This document shows positions 8,646-18,455 of a stretch of DNA of 64,000 nt, piece after piece. Position numbers and translations under genes: made by a program. The DNA is from Spirochaetaceae bacterium (GTDB lineage: Bacteria; Spirochaetota; Spirochaetia; SZUA-6; DRHE01). Under the pieces are notes generated by a model. That model was not told the origin of the DNA and did no database searches. It saw only the letters and a program-made list of their open reading frames with translations. The DNA lies in contig CP070696.1 of NCBI GenBank assembly GCA_020353535.1, positions 1,821,989 through 1,885,988 of the forward strand, in the 5' to 3' direction. The first letter of the stretch is position 1. Each line of letters opens with the position of its first letter.

Positions 8646-9934
8646 GTGTACTGGAGCAAGCTCGGGCGGCTAAGAGGGCCAGCTTTCGCCTGGCCGGCGT
8701 CTCTACGGAACTAAAAAACCGAGCCCTGGCGCGCATCGCCGAGGCCTTGGATCGGGATCGCGCACGCATTCTGGAGGAGAATCGAAAGGACCAGGAACAG
8801 GCCAGGAAAACCGCTCTCAAGGAGTCCCTGTTCAAGCGTCTGGTGCTGACGGATGCCAAGATCGACCAGATGGTGGAGAGCGTGCGGGATGTGGAGCGGC
8901 TGGAGGACCCGGTGGGGAAAACGCTGCTTGTGCGGGAGCTGGATCAAGGCCTGGTGCTTCGCAAAGCCACGGTGCCGATCGGGGTGATCGGGGTGATCTT
9001 CGAATCCCGTCCGGATGCCCTGGTGCAGATCTCTACCCTTTGCCTGAAGTCGGGGAACGTGGTTATCCTCAAAGGGGGTTCCGAAGCCCTGAACTCCAAT
9101 CGCATCCTCTTCCAGTTGATCCGGGCAGCGGCGGAAGCCTCGGATCCGGTGTTCAAGGAAACCCTTCACCTGGTGGAGACCCGGGAACAGATCGGGGAGC
9201 TACTTGCCCTGGACCGCTGGATCGACCTGATGATCCCCCGCGGCTCCAATGAGCTGGTGCGCCGTATTCAGGAGAACACGAAGATCCCCGTTCTGGGGCA
9301 TGCGGAGGGGATCTGCCATCTGTACGTGGACCGGGACGCAGACCTCGATATGGCCGTGGAGGTGGCCTACGACGCCAAGTGCCAGTATCCAGCGGTCTGC
9401 AACGCCATCGAAACCCTGCTTGTTCATTGCGCCGTGGCGGAAGAGTACCTGCCCCGGCTGGCCGAACGCCTGAAGGTGGTGGAGCTGCGCGGGGATGAGC
9501 GGACCCGCAGCATCATACCAGCCGCGGCTGCCACGGAGGAAGACTGGCGTACGGAGTACAACGACCTGATTCTCTCGATCCGGGTGGTGGAAAGTCAGGC
9601 GGAGGCGGTGGACCATATCAACACCTACGGCAGCCACCACACAGACGCCATCGTAACCCGGGACCAGAGTGCGGCCCGGCGCTTTCTCTCCGACGTGGAT
9701 TCCAGCTCGGCAATGTGGAACTGCTCGACCCGCTTCGCCGATGGCTTCCGCTACGGCCTTGGTGCGGAGGTGGGGATCTCCACGGGAAAGATCCATGCTC
9801 GAGGTCCCGTGGGATTGGAAGGTCTGACCAGTACCAAGTACATCCTCGAGGGGGGCGGACAGGTCGTGGCTGACTACGTCGGCGTCGATAAGCGGTTCAC
9901 CCACAGGGATCTTAGTCTCGGGGATCGGCATTGA
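8642..9934 (+). CDS. proA: Glutamate-5-semialdehyde dehydrogenase (gamma-glutamyl phosphate reductase)
   Basis: Full-length ProA-like sequence (IFESRPDA, ILKGGSEA, HTDAIVT, catalytic-Cys region NASTRFADG-like CSTRFADGF). ATGA start/stop overlap with proC. Confidence 0.92.
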   Translation: MSVLEQARAAKRASFRLAGVSTELKNRALARIAEALDRDRARILEENRKDQEQARKTALKESLFKRLVLTDAKIDQMVESVRDVERLEDPVGKTLLVRELDQGLVLRKATVPIGVIGVIFESRPDALVQISTLCLKSGNVVILKGGSEALNSNRILFQLIRAAAEASDPVFKETLHLVETREQIGELLALDRWIDLMIPRGSNELVRRIQENTKIPVLGHAEGICHLYVDRDADLDMAVEVAYDAKCQYPAVCNAIETLLVHCAVAEEYLPRLAERLKVVELRGDERTRSIIPAAAATEEDWRTEYNDLILSIRVVESQAEAVDHINTYGSHHTDAIVTRDQSAARRFLSDVDSSSAMWNCSTRFADGFRYGLGAEVGISTGKIHARGPVGLEGLTSTKYILEGGGQVVADYVGVDKRFTHRDLSLGDRH

Positions 9935-10698
9935 GGCTTTGCATCAAGATCGGCACCGCTCTGATCAGCCGGGGTAACCGCCTGAACTACCGCTGGCTCA
10001 AAGGCAAGGTACGGGAGATCGCCGCGCTGCAGAAGCGGGGCAATGAGATTGTGATCGTCAGCTCCGGAGCGGTAGCCGCGGGCATGGAGATCGCCAGAGA
10101 GACGATTCGGCCCACGGAAACTCTCAAGCTGCAGATGATGTCCGGAATGGGCCAGATCCGGCTGATGAAGTACTACAAGGACTACTTCAAAGCCGAGGGC
10201 ATCTGCATAGCCCAGATACTTCTCACTCATCATAACTTTGCCTCTAGAAACGAAGAGGGCACGATCCGGGAGATCATGAAAGCGTATCTGCGAGCCGGAG
10301 TAATCCCCATCGTGAACGAGAATGACATGATCAACAAGGAGGAGGTGGAGTTCAAGCCCGTATTCACGGACAACGACATCCTCGCCGCCCTGGTTGCGGT
10401 TCGAGTCGGGGTGGATTTGCTTGTGATTCTGACTGACGTAGATGGGCTGTACCAAGGTAATCCTAAGCGGGATCGCCGGGCGAAACTCGTCGAGGAGGTG
10501 GAAGCCATCGACCGTGCCGTCGAGCAGATGGCGGCCCGGGAAACCAATCCCCTCGGCCTGGGCGGGATGGCTTCCAAAGTCCAGGCTGCCAAGATGGTGG
10601 CTTCCCACGGAATTGACACCATCGTTGCAAACGGACGCTATTCCCTGGACCAGGTGCTCGCTAAGGAAGTCCCCAGAACCCGCTTTCACGCCGGTTGA
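9931..10698 (+). CDS. proB: Glutamate 5-kinase, short form without PUA domain
   Basis: Amino-acid kinase fold (IVIVSSGAVAAG, IPIVNENDMI, DNDILAALVA, TDVDGLY, GGMASK). TTG start overlapping the proA stop. At 255 aa there is no room for a PUA domain. Confidence 0.9.
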   Translation: MRLCIKIGTALISRGNRLNYRWLKGKVREIAALQKRGNEIVIVSSGAVAAGMEIARETIRPTETLKLQMMSGMGQIRLMKYYKDYFKAEGICIAQILLTHHNFASRNEEGTIREIMKAYLRAGVIPIVNENDMINKEEVEFKPVFTDNDILAALVAVRVGVDLLVILTDVDGLYQGNPKRDRRAKLVEEVEAIDRAVEQMAARETNPLGLGGMASKVQAAKMVASHGIDTIVANGRYSLDQVLAKEVPRTRFHAG

Positions 10699-10788
10699 GG
10701 TGCAGCTGCCTCCGGTGCCAGTTTTTGCCGGTACCGCAGCCGGGGCGGGTCGTGAATGCGTAGAGGCGGACAGTCAGAGATATGAACT

Positions 10789-13158
10789 ATGTCACGAAAT
10801 GATAGACAGGGATTACAAAAACGACTCGACCAGGTCGAAGCCCTGGTTGAGCAGGAGCGATCCAAGTTAAAACAGCTCTTCGAACACATCCCTCTGCCAG
10901 CCTACCATGTTTCCCTCGACGGTTTGATTGTGGACGTCAATTCCACCGCCTTGAACTTCTTGAAAGTCGCAGACAAGCAGGATTTGATCGGTAAGCCCCT
11001 TTTGACCGCCATCTACGCCCCCGCTTCCCGTGCCAAGGCCAAGAAAGTCTTGGAAAAATGGAAGCACACGGGCAGTTTGCGGAATGAGGAGCTCCAGGTT
11101 CAGACAGCGGACGGAGAGGTTCGAGATGTCCTGCTCAACGTCGATACGATCCTCGATCAAGAAGGAAAGCCGCAGTACAGCATTTCCGTGCATCTGGATA
11201 TTACCGAGCGAAAACGTGTTGAACAGGCGTTGCGGCGGGAAGAGGAGCGGTCCAGGATGTATCTGGATATGGCCGGGGTGATGCTGTTGGCTCTGGATCG
11301 GGAGGGGCATGTAGTACTGGCCAATCCGAAAGCTTGCTCGGTGCTCGAGGGGGAAGAAGCGGACATCCTAGGCAAGGATTGGTTCGTCAGTTTCATCCCG
11401 GAGCAGGTGCGTACGGAAGTTGAGAGAGTATTTCAGCAGCTGATGAGAGGAGCCATGGAACCCGCTGAATACTTCGAGAACCAGATCGTATCGCTCAAGG
11501 GAAACATACGCTGGATCGCCTGGCACAACACGCTGGTCAAGTCCAGAGACGGGGCGATTCTCGGAACCTTCAGCTCAGGAGAAGACATCACCGAACGCAG
11601 GCATACGGCACAGGCGCTGCGGGAAAGCGAGGAGCGGTTCAGGGAGCTGACCGACACGTTGCCCCAGGTCGTGTTTGAGGTAGACATTCGGGCAACGATC
11701 ACGTATGCCAACAGGCGCGCCTTTGAGCTTTTTGGCTATGTCGAAGCGGATTTAAAACGGGGATTAAATACCCTCGAGATGATCGCTGCTCAGGATCGCG
11801 AGCGAGCTGGGGCAAATATCCGGCGTGTACTGCAAGGCGAGAAATCTGAATCTACCGAGTATCTAGCCCAGAGAAAGGATGGAAGCACCTTCCCGGTCAT
11901 GATCCATTCCACTCGCATCGTTCGAGACGGGGAAGTGGTGGGTCTGCGGGGGATCATCGTGGATCTCTCAGAGCACAAAGCGGCGGAGAAGGCTCTGAGG
12001 GAGAGCGAGGAGGTTCTACGGCAGTCCCAGAAGATGGAGGCGATCGGCAGGCTTGCCGGCGGTATCGCCCATGATTTCAACAACCTCCTTACGACTATCC
12101 TCGGATATGCAGAGATGTTGCTTTGCGGCGGTACCATGAGTGACGAATCCTTGGAATCGATTCGGGAAATAAGCAGATCTGCCCAGAGGGCCGCCTCGTT
12201 GACCCAACAGCTGCTGGCCTACAGCCGTAAACAGGTACTCCGCCCTGAGGAGCTCAACATCAACCAGCTGATAGCGAATTTGACAAATATGCTTGGTCGA
12301 CTGATTCACGAGAATATCCACCTGACTACGGTTTTGGATCCGCAGATCGGTCGGATCAAAGCGGATCCCGCGCAGTTGGAGCAGGTGATCATCAACCTGG
12401 CGATCAATGCCAGGGACTCCATGCCCGAAGGCGGGAAACTGACTATCGAGACTTGCGATATCATGCTGGATGAAAGCTACTGCACGCTTCATCCTGAAGT
12501 GAAGCCGGGCGGGTATGTTATGGTCGCGGTTACCGATACCGGTTGCGGAATTGACAAAGAGACTCAGAAACAGATCTTTGAACCCTTCTTCACCACCAAG
12601 GTACCTGGAAAAGGAACAGGCTTGGGTTTAGCCACCGTGTTCGGAACGGTCAAGCAGAGCAACGGTTATGTCTATGCGTACAGTGAACCCGGGCTGGGAA
12701 GTACTTTCAAGATCTACCTTCCCGTAGTGCAGACAAGGGGACCGAGAGGTCAACGCCGTGCCGAGGCGCGTAGTGGATACAGGACCGACAGGAGGATCCT
12801 GCTTGTCGAAGACGATGAGGCCGTGAGAGAACTGGTCGTTCGGGTACTGGAGAAGATCGGGTACACCCTAGTATCGGCCTCCAGCGGGGAGGAAGCTCTG
12901 GGCCTGCTCGATAGGTCCGAGTATGGTGATATTGATCTGCTCATCAGCGACGTGATCATGCCCGGTATCGGCGGTAAAGTACTGGCGGAGCGGCTTCAGG
13001 CGCGTATTCCCGCGCTTAAGGTGCTGTATATTTCAGGGTATCCGGACGAGACCGTTGTGCAACACGGCGTGCTGGATGAGGGTGTGGCCTATCTGCAGAA
13101 GCCATTTTCACCGACGGCCGTCATTGAGAAGGTCCGGCAGATCCTGGCGGAGGATTAG
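10789..13158 (+). CDS. Multi-PAS hybrid sensor histidine kinase with C-terminal receiver
   Basis: Three PAS-like repeats (ITERKR/ITERRH linkers), HisKA box [11 protein letters not shown], HATPase N/G boxes ([25 protein letters not shown]), and a receiver with ILLVEDDE...[14 protein letters not shown]...KP. Confidence 0.85.
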   Translation: MSRNDRQGLQKRLDQVEALVEQERSKLKQLFEHIPLPAYHVSLDGLIVDVNSTALNFLKVADKQDLIGKPLLTAIYAPASRAKAKKVLEKWKHTGSLRNEELQVQTADGEVRDVLLNVDTILDQEGKPQYSISVHLDITERKRVEQALRREEERSRMYLDMAGVMLLALDREGHVVLANPKACSVLEGEEADILGKDWFVSFIPEQVRTEVERVFQQLMRGAMEPAEYFENQIVSLKGNIRWIAWHNTLVKSRDGAILGTFSSGEDITERRHTAQALRESEERFRELTDTLPQVVFEVDIRATITYANRRAFELFGYVEADLKRGLNTLEMIAAQDRERAGANIRRVLQGEKSESTEYLAQRKDGSTFPVMIHSTRIVRDGEVVGLRGIIVDLSEHKAAEKALRESEEVLRQSQKMEAIGRLAGGIAHDFNNLLTTILGYAEMLLCGGTMSDESLESIREISRSAQRAASLTQQLLAYSRKQVLRPEELNINQLIANLTNMLGRLIHENIHLTTVLDPQIGRIKADPAQLEQVIINLAINARDSMPEGGKLTIETCDIMLDESYCTLHPEVKPGGYVMVAVTDTGCGIDKETQKQIFEPFFTTKVPGKGTGLGLATVFGTVKQSNGYVYAYSEPGLGSTFKIYLPVVQTRGPRGQRRAEARSGYRTDRRILLVEDDEAVRELVVRVLEKIGYTLVSASSGEEALGLLDRSEYGDIDLLISDVIMPGIGGKVLAERLQARIPALKVLYISGYPDETVVQHGVLDEGVAYLQKPFSPTAVIEKVRQILAED

Positions 13159-13247
13159 CTTCAACTTGGTCTCATCGGCGCGGTGCGGAAAGGGATCGGT
13201 TTCGTTGAGGTTGACGTGGAGCAGATGCAGTCTCACTCCGCGAATCG

Positions 13248-14519
13248 TTAAGACACCGTCCGTATGTAGGAAAGATCTCCGTCCCGAGCTGCCTTGAGGA
13301 TCGGTCCCATGTACTCATCGATCATGTCGGCGTTCAGAGGAACTGGCATGTTTTCCAGTTTCATCTTGAGCTGAGGATTTTTTGCCGCGCTTAATGCACG
13401 CTCGATATGGGCGTCGCTAAAGCCTTTCACCTCGGTAAGGCGCGTGGGAAAACCGATTTTCCGGGAGAAGGCGAACATCCCGTCGGCCACCGCGATGCCC
13501 AGCTCGCGGCCGTAGAGATCATCCAACGCCTCCTGGATGTAGCCAGCTTCGCGATAGAGCGCGCCTACGAGCCGAAGCGGTTCTTCGATGGCCGGGGCAA
13601 AAAACACGGAGTAGTAGGGATTCATCATGGCGCAGGCCCGCCCGTGACTCAGGATGTCCACGAGGGAAAAGCTGGTGAGATGCCCGCCATTGGTTCCCCC
13701 CAGCATGATGGCGTATCCTCCCAGGTCTGTGGCCAGGCAAAGTGCTTCCCTTGATTCTTTGTTCTCAGGGTTAGCCAGGACCGCTGGTAGGTTGTTGACT
13801 ACCAATGAGATTGCCGTCAGCGCTACATCTTTGATCTTCTCAAACAGAGGCTTCCCTACAGCACCATAGAACACCTCCAGGACGTGGGCTATGCCATCCA
13901 ATGCCCCGTCGGTGGTCAGGTCCCTCGGGGCTGCGTAGGTAACGCGGTGATCAAAGACGGGATGGGAGGGCACGATGGCCTCATCCACGACCAGCTTCTT
14001 CTGGCCGGTATTCAAGTCCGTGATGTTCGAGTACTTGGTGAGATGAGCGGCTGAGCTGGCCGCGGTTTGGATGGCCAGGTGAGGATGAAGACGAAGACCA
14101 CTGCGTTGAAGGGCTTCGGTTACCAGCCCGGTTCCGAAGTAGGAATCGATTTCTCCTCCAAGGGTGCGCAGCATTTCAGCGGCCTTGCCGGCATCGATGG
14201 TGCTTCCCCCTCCGAAAGTGATGACCACGTCCGGAGCCCGTGTTTTCAGCTGCTCGGTAATGCGAAAAAGATCTTCCCGCGGACAGTTCGGTCGTGCCCC
14301 CTCCAGCTCGGCCGCCAGTTCCACCCCGGCTTTTGCGAGTGAACCCCGGATAATATGCAGGTACTCTTCGACGCCGGGGAACCGGGAATACACCAAAGCT
14401 GCGTTCCCGCCGACCCTAGCGACCACATTTCCCACATCCTCCAGAACATCGGAGCCGTAGATGTAGCTGTCTCCCTTGAATTCATGGATCAATTCTTTTG
14501 CCCTGACTAAATCTGTCAC
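13248..14519 (-). CDS. Iron-containing (group III) alcohol dehydrogenase
   Basis: Fe-ADH signatures (VVITFGGGSTIDAGKA; metal-binding His region DGIAHVLE...GGHLTS). GTG start preceded by GGAGGA. Confidence 0.85.
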   Translation of the reverse strand: MTDLVRAKELIHEFKGDSYIYGSDVLEDVGNVVARVGGNAALVYSRFPGVEEYLHIIRGSLAKAGVELAAELEGARPNCPREDLFRITEQLKTRAPDVVITFGGGSTIDAGKAAEMLRTLGGEIDSYFGTGLVTEALQRSGLRLHPHLAIQTAASSAAHLTKYSNITDLNTGQKKLVVDEAIVPSHPVFDHRVTYAAPRDLTTDGALDGIAHVLEVFYGAVGKPLFEKIKDVALTAISLVVNNLPAVLANPENKESREALCLATDLGGYAIMLGGTNGGHLTSFSLVDILSHGRACAMMNPYYSVFFAPAIEEPLRLVGALYREAGYIQEALDDLYGRELGIAVADGMFAFSRKIGFPTRLTEVKGFSDAHIERALSAAKNPQLKMKLENMPVPLNADMIDEYMGPILKAARDGDLSYIRTVS

Positions 14520-14566
14520 GTTTTCCTCCGTGGATTTGCTAGGCTTATGTTAGTAAGGTTGTCTGT

Positions 14567-14905
14567 TCAGCGACTTTTTTTCCACTCGACCAACGCCCTG
14601 GCTTCAGAAACCAGATCGCCGACATCCATACCGTATTTTGCCAGGAGGTCATCCGGTTTTCCCGACTCAGCGAAGACATCCTTGATACCCATGGGGACCA
14701 CTCTGGCTCCTGCAGAATTCGCGTTCACTTCTGAAATCGCGCTGTAAAGACCTCCGATTATATTATGATCTTCATATGTGATTGCCACTTTGGTTTTGGC
14801 AAGCACGCTGGCAATGGTTTCTCTATCCAAGGGTTTTATGGTATGCACATCCAGCACTGTAGCCTTTATTCCGATAGCATTCAATTCTCGTGCCGCCTGC
14901 AGCTG
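14567..14905 (-). pseudogene. Transketolase C-terminal-subunit remnant (only about the last 110 codons)
   Basis: Translation ..QLQAARELNAIGIKATVLDVHTIKPLD...ITYEDHNIIGGL...GIKDVFAESGKPDDLLAKYG matches the extreme C-terminal domain of transketolase/DXS-type enzymes. The N-terminal roughly two thirds of the subunit is absent, and homology stops at about 14905. Confidence 0.7.
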
Positions 14906-15288
14906 AAAGGGGCGGCAAACCTGCGGTCCATACCGCAGCCTGGCAGTACTCCGTGTTCTCGCCTTCCGAGCATCAGGAACTGGCTTTGGAGTTCGTAAAA
15001 TGGTTCAACAGCAAGGAGAGCGACTTCGAACAGGCAAAGAGGTACAAATCGACTCCGCGCTGGAACGACAACTGGAATAGCGAGCCCTTCGTGTCCGATC
15101 CCTATACAAAGCAGTTCCTGGCCCTCCTTCCCTACGGTCAGCCCTATCCCAAGCATCTGGCCTTACCGGGCGTTATGGAGGCTTTGGGCGCGGCGATCCA
15201 GAAGATCCTGCATGACGAGATGGACGCAGCGGCGGCCATCGCCGAGGCGGAGAGAAAGGCTAATCAGGCTATCGCCGCCGTCAAGTAA
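14890..15288 (+). pseudogene. CUT1-family sugar ABC substrate-binding protein remnant (C-terminal approx 115-130 aa only)
   Basis: AAWQYSVFSPSEHQELALEFVKWFNSKE...EALGAAIQKILHDEMDAAAAIAEAERKANQAI is a typical SBP C-terminus. There is no signal peptide and no N-terminal lobe. It abuts the opposite-strand transketolase remnant. Confidence 0.65.
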
Positions 15289-15314
15289 CCGGAACACAGG
15301 ATTACAATCCAAAT

Positions 15315-15341
15315 CCCTCCGCTCCCCTCAGGAGTGGAGGG
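15315..15341 (+). promoter_or_regulatory. Intercistronic stem-loop after the binding-protein (remnant) gene
   Basis: CCCTCCGCTCC-cctca-GGAGTGGAGGG forms an 11-bp stem (one G.U) with a 5-nt loop. No U-tract follows, so it is more likely an mRNA-stabilising hairpin than a terminator. Confidence 0.5.
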
Positions 15342-15421
15342 GAATCTTTGACGGTCCGCTTCGTTCCTGCGCGTCAAAAAAAAATATTTTCGACTTTTAT
15401 CGCAATGTGGTAGTGTGAGGG

Positions 15422-16318
15422 TTGATGACCAGATTCTTTACAAAAGTCAAGAAGCGCCGCTGGCACTACGCCTACCTGTTTGTCTCTCCGGTCCTGATTT
15501 TTTTCGGACTTTTCAGAGTGTATCCGTCGATTCAGACTCTGATATTCAGCTTCTTTGAAGTCAACATCGTGGCCAAGAAGTACGAGTGGATCGGTCTGCA
15601 GAACTTCGTGCTTCTGTTGCAGGAGAGCGACTTCATTCGGGCGATCGCCAATACCTTCATCTACACCTTCTATATCGTGGTTTTCAGCGTGTTCATCGGT
15701 ATGGTGCTGGCCTCGATGTTTACCTCCAAGATGAAGCTGGCCGGACTGTTCAAGGCCGTGTACTTCGTTCCTTTTATCACCGCTACTGTAGCGGCGGCTG
15801 TGGTCTGGAGCTTTCTCTACGATCCCAAGTTCGGCTTGTTCAACATGATCTTGAAATTACTCGGATTGCCAATAAGGCATTGGCTGACCTCCTCCAAGGA
15901 AGCCCTGGGCAGCATCATCATCTTCAGCATCTGGAAGTACCTGGGCTACAACATGGTCATCTTCATCGCCGGATTGCAGAACATCCCCGACGCCTTTTAT
16001 GAGGCCGCCACCATTGACGGGGCGGGACCGCTGACAAAATTCTTCCGCATCACCGTACCGCTGCTGGCCCCTACGATCGTGTTCGTTGTGATCTACAACA
16101 CGATCCTCGCTTTAAAAGTGTTTGATCAGGTATTTGTGTTGACAGCCGGCGGCCCGGCAGGATCGAGCACCGTGGTGGTACTGGAGTTGTACGAGATGGC
16201 CTTTTTGCACTACCGCTTCGGTTATGCAGCCTCTATGGCCTTTGTCCTGTTTATGTTCATCATGATCATCACAGTCCTCCAGTACACGTTCAGCAGGCGG
16301 TGGGAGGTGACCTACTGA
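15422..16318 (+). CDS. Sugar ABC transporter permease (MalF/UgpA-like, CUT1)
   Basis: Six predicted TM segments and the EAA-type loop (FYEAATIDGAGPLTKFFRITVPLL). Confidence 0.9.
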   Translation: MMTRFFTKVKKRRWHYAYLFVSPVLIFFGLFRVYPSIQTLIFSFFEVNIVAKKYEWIGLQNFVLLLQESDFIRAIANTFIYTFYIVVFSVFIGMVLASMFTSKMKLAGLFKAVYFVPFITATVAAAVVWSFLYDPKFGLFNMILKLLGLPIRHWLTSSKEALGSIIIFSIWKYLGYNMVIFIAGLQNIPDAFYEAATIDGAGPLTKFFRITVPLLAPTIVFVVIYNTILALKVFDQVFVLTAGGPAGSSTVVVLELYEMAFLHYRFGYAASMAFVLFMFIMIITVLQYTFSRRWEVTY

Positions 16319-17154
16319 TGAGCCTCGAAACCGCAGGCAGGATCACGGCTAGATCCATCCTTTATATCGTCCTGGCGGCCTTCGGTATTCTGATGGTCAT
16401 GCCCTTCTACTGGATGATCGTCACCTCCTTCCAGATCCCGGAGAATCTCATAGCCTTCCCGCCGAAGTGGTGGCCCAACCCCCCGACTTTGGAGCACTTC
16501 GAAGCGGCGATCGACCAGGCGCCTTTTCTGCTGTACTACAGAAACAGCCTCATCGTTGCAGCGATTTCCGTATCCTGCTCGGTAATCTTTGGGCTGTTCG
16601 CCGGCTACGCCTTTGCGGTGTATCAATTTCCCCTGCAGAATTTCCTCTTCATTCTCATCTTGAGCACGCTGATGGTTCCCATCCAGGTTACCTCGGTTTC
16701 ACTGTATATTCTCATGGCTCGATTACGCTGGATCGACACATTTCCGGGAATCCTGGCGCCCAACTTTGCCAGCGCCTTCGGCGTGTTTTTCATGCGCCAG
16801 ACCATCAAGGGGATGCCCGGTGATCTAATCGACGCCGCCCGCATCGACGGGGCTGGGGAGATCCGTATTGTGGCTACCATCATCGCTCCTCTGGTCAAGA
16901 GCGTCATGGCCACGGTGGCGCTGATTCTGTTCATCGACTCCTGGAACGATTTTCTCTGGCCGGTGATCGTCATAAATTCGGAGAGGCTACGCACGCTGCC
17001 CGTCGGAATCGCCTTCTTCAAAGATCCCTACAGGATCAGCTTCGGGCCGCTGATGGCGGCCGCCTCAATCGCCACAGTGCCAACGATCCTGGTCTATCTG
17101 CTGGTGCAGAAATTTATTATCAAGGGTATCGCCACCACCGGCTTGAAGTTCTAG
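16318..17154 (+). CDS. Sugar ABC transporter permease (MalG/UgpE-like, CUT1)
   Basis: ATG at 16318 overlaps the upstream stop (ATGA). EAA loop DAARIDGAGEIRIVATIIAPL. Confidence 0.9.
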   Translation: MSLETAGRITARSILYIVLAAFGILMVMPFYWMIVTSFQIPENLIAFPPKWWPNPPTLEHFEAAIDQAPFLLYYRNSLIVAAISVSCSVIFGLFAGYAFAVYQFPLQNFLFILILSTLMVPIQVTSVSLYILMARLRWIDTFPGILAPNFASAFGVFFMRQTIKGMPGDLIDAARIDGAGEIRIVATIIAPLVKSVMATVALILFIDSWNDFLWPVIVINSERLRTLPVGIAFFKDPYRISFGPLMAAASIATVPTILVYLLVQKFIIKGIATTGLKF

Positions 17155-17200
17155 CCTCCTGAAGTCTCCGGCAAATCTTTGATTGATGAAAGGAATATAT

Positions 17201-18445
17201 ATGGAAAAGCTCGCCTTGTTCGGCGGTTCTAAAACCAAGACAACCCCTTTCGGAGTCGGTAAGCGATTCGGGGAGGAGGAGAAGCAGGAAGTACTCGAAG
17301 TTCTGGATAGCGACATCCTCTTCTACGTATTTGGAACCAAGGTACGGGAGATGGAAGCCAAGATGCGCGGGATGTACGGGATGAAACACTGCAACGGCTG
17401 TTCCTCAGGAACCGCAGCGGTACATATCGCCCTTGGGTCCCTGCAGCTGCCTCCGGGAAAAGAGGTGATCACCTCGGCGATCACCGATATGGGCACGCTC
17501 ACCGGGATCCTCTACCAGTGTCTCATTCCCCGTTTTGCCGACATCGATCCTGAGACCTACAACATGGATCCTGCGGAGGTGCGGAAGCTCGTCAACTCCA
17601 AGACCGGCGCCATTGTGGCGGTACACCACGCCGGCCTGCCGGCGGAAATCGAAGAGCTGAAATCAATTGCCGCAGAGCACGGTCTTCCACTGGTCGAGGA
17701 CTGTGCCCAGGCTTGGTACACCCACTACAAGGGGCAGCTGTGCGGCACCTTCGCTGATATCTCTGCGTTCAGCCTCAACCATTTCAAGCTGATCACCTCC
17801 GGTTCCGGGGGCATGGTGCTGACAAACCGGGACGATCTGGAGGAAGTGGTGAAGCTGTTCATAGACAAGTGCTACTTCCGGGACGGTCGCAAGCGAAATC
17901 CCTACTTCCTGGCTCCAAACTATCAGATGACCGAGCTCCAGGGAGCTGTAGCCAAGGTGCAGCTGGACAGGATCGCCGTCATCGTCAGGGAACGGAATGA
18001 ACTGGGCATGAGGTTGATCCGGGGATTGGAGTCGATTCCCGGGGTGATCCCCCAGCATGTTCCGGAGGGAAGGGAGCACAGCTTTTTCCTGCTCGTTGTG
18101 CGGGTCGATCCCAGGGTGATTCAGGCCACGGTTGCCCAGTTCTGCGAAGCCCTCGATGCAGAAGGTATACCCTGCGAACCGAACAAAATAACCGGGGGGA
18201 TGGCGACCTACCTGTACGATATCTTTCGGAACCGCAGCGCCTTCCCTGGCAGCGCGTTTCCCTTTGTTTCCCGGGATCTCGGCTCGGACATTTCCTATCC
18301 CAAGGGATTGTGCGCCCGGGCGGAGCTCGCCTTCGAGCAGACCTTCAACTTCAACATCAGCGAGTTTTACTCTACCGACGATATCGATGATATGATCCTA
18401 GCAACGGAGAAGGTCGCCCACTACTACCGTGTGAAAAACGTCTGA
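17201..18445 (+). CDS. DegT/DnrJ/EryC1/StrS-family PLP-dependent aminotransferase
   Basis: MEKLALFGG N-terminus, GTAAVHIAL, and a PLP-lysine context FSLNHFKLITSGSGGMVLTN. Alternative upstream starts at 17183 and 17186. Confidence 0.85.
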   Translation: MEKLALFGGSKTKTTPFGVGKRFGEEEKQEVLEVLDSDILFYVFGTKVREMEAKMRGMYGMKHCNGCSSGTAAVHIALGSLQLPPGKEVITSAITDMGTLTGILYQCLIPRFADIDPETYNMDPAEVRKLVNSKTGAIVAVHHAGLPAEIEELKSIAAEHGLPLVEDCAQAWYTHYKGQLCGTFADISAFSLNHFKLITSGSGGMVLTNRDDLEEVVKLFIDKCYFRDGRKRNPYFLAPNYQMTELQGAVAKVQLDRIAVIVRERNELGMRLIRGLESIPGVIPQHVPEGREHSFFLLVVRVDPRVIQATVAQFCEALDAEGIPCEPNKITGGMATYLYDIFRNRSAFPGSAFPFVSRDLGSDISYPKGLCARAELAFEQTFNFNISEFYSTDDIDDMILATEKVAHYYRVKNV

Positions 18446-18455
18446 CAGGTCAATC

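Noticed and set aside
14765-15156. Short ORFs spanning the tkt/SBP junction (14765-14998 on the + strand, 14881-15156 on the - strand).
   Set aside because: No family resemblance. They overlap the frames that carry the recognisable transketolase and SBP remnants.
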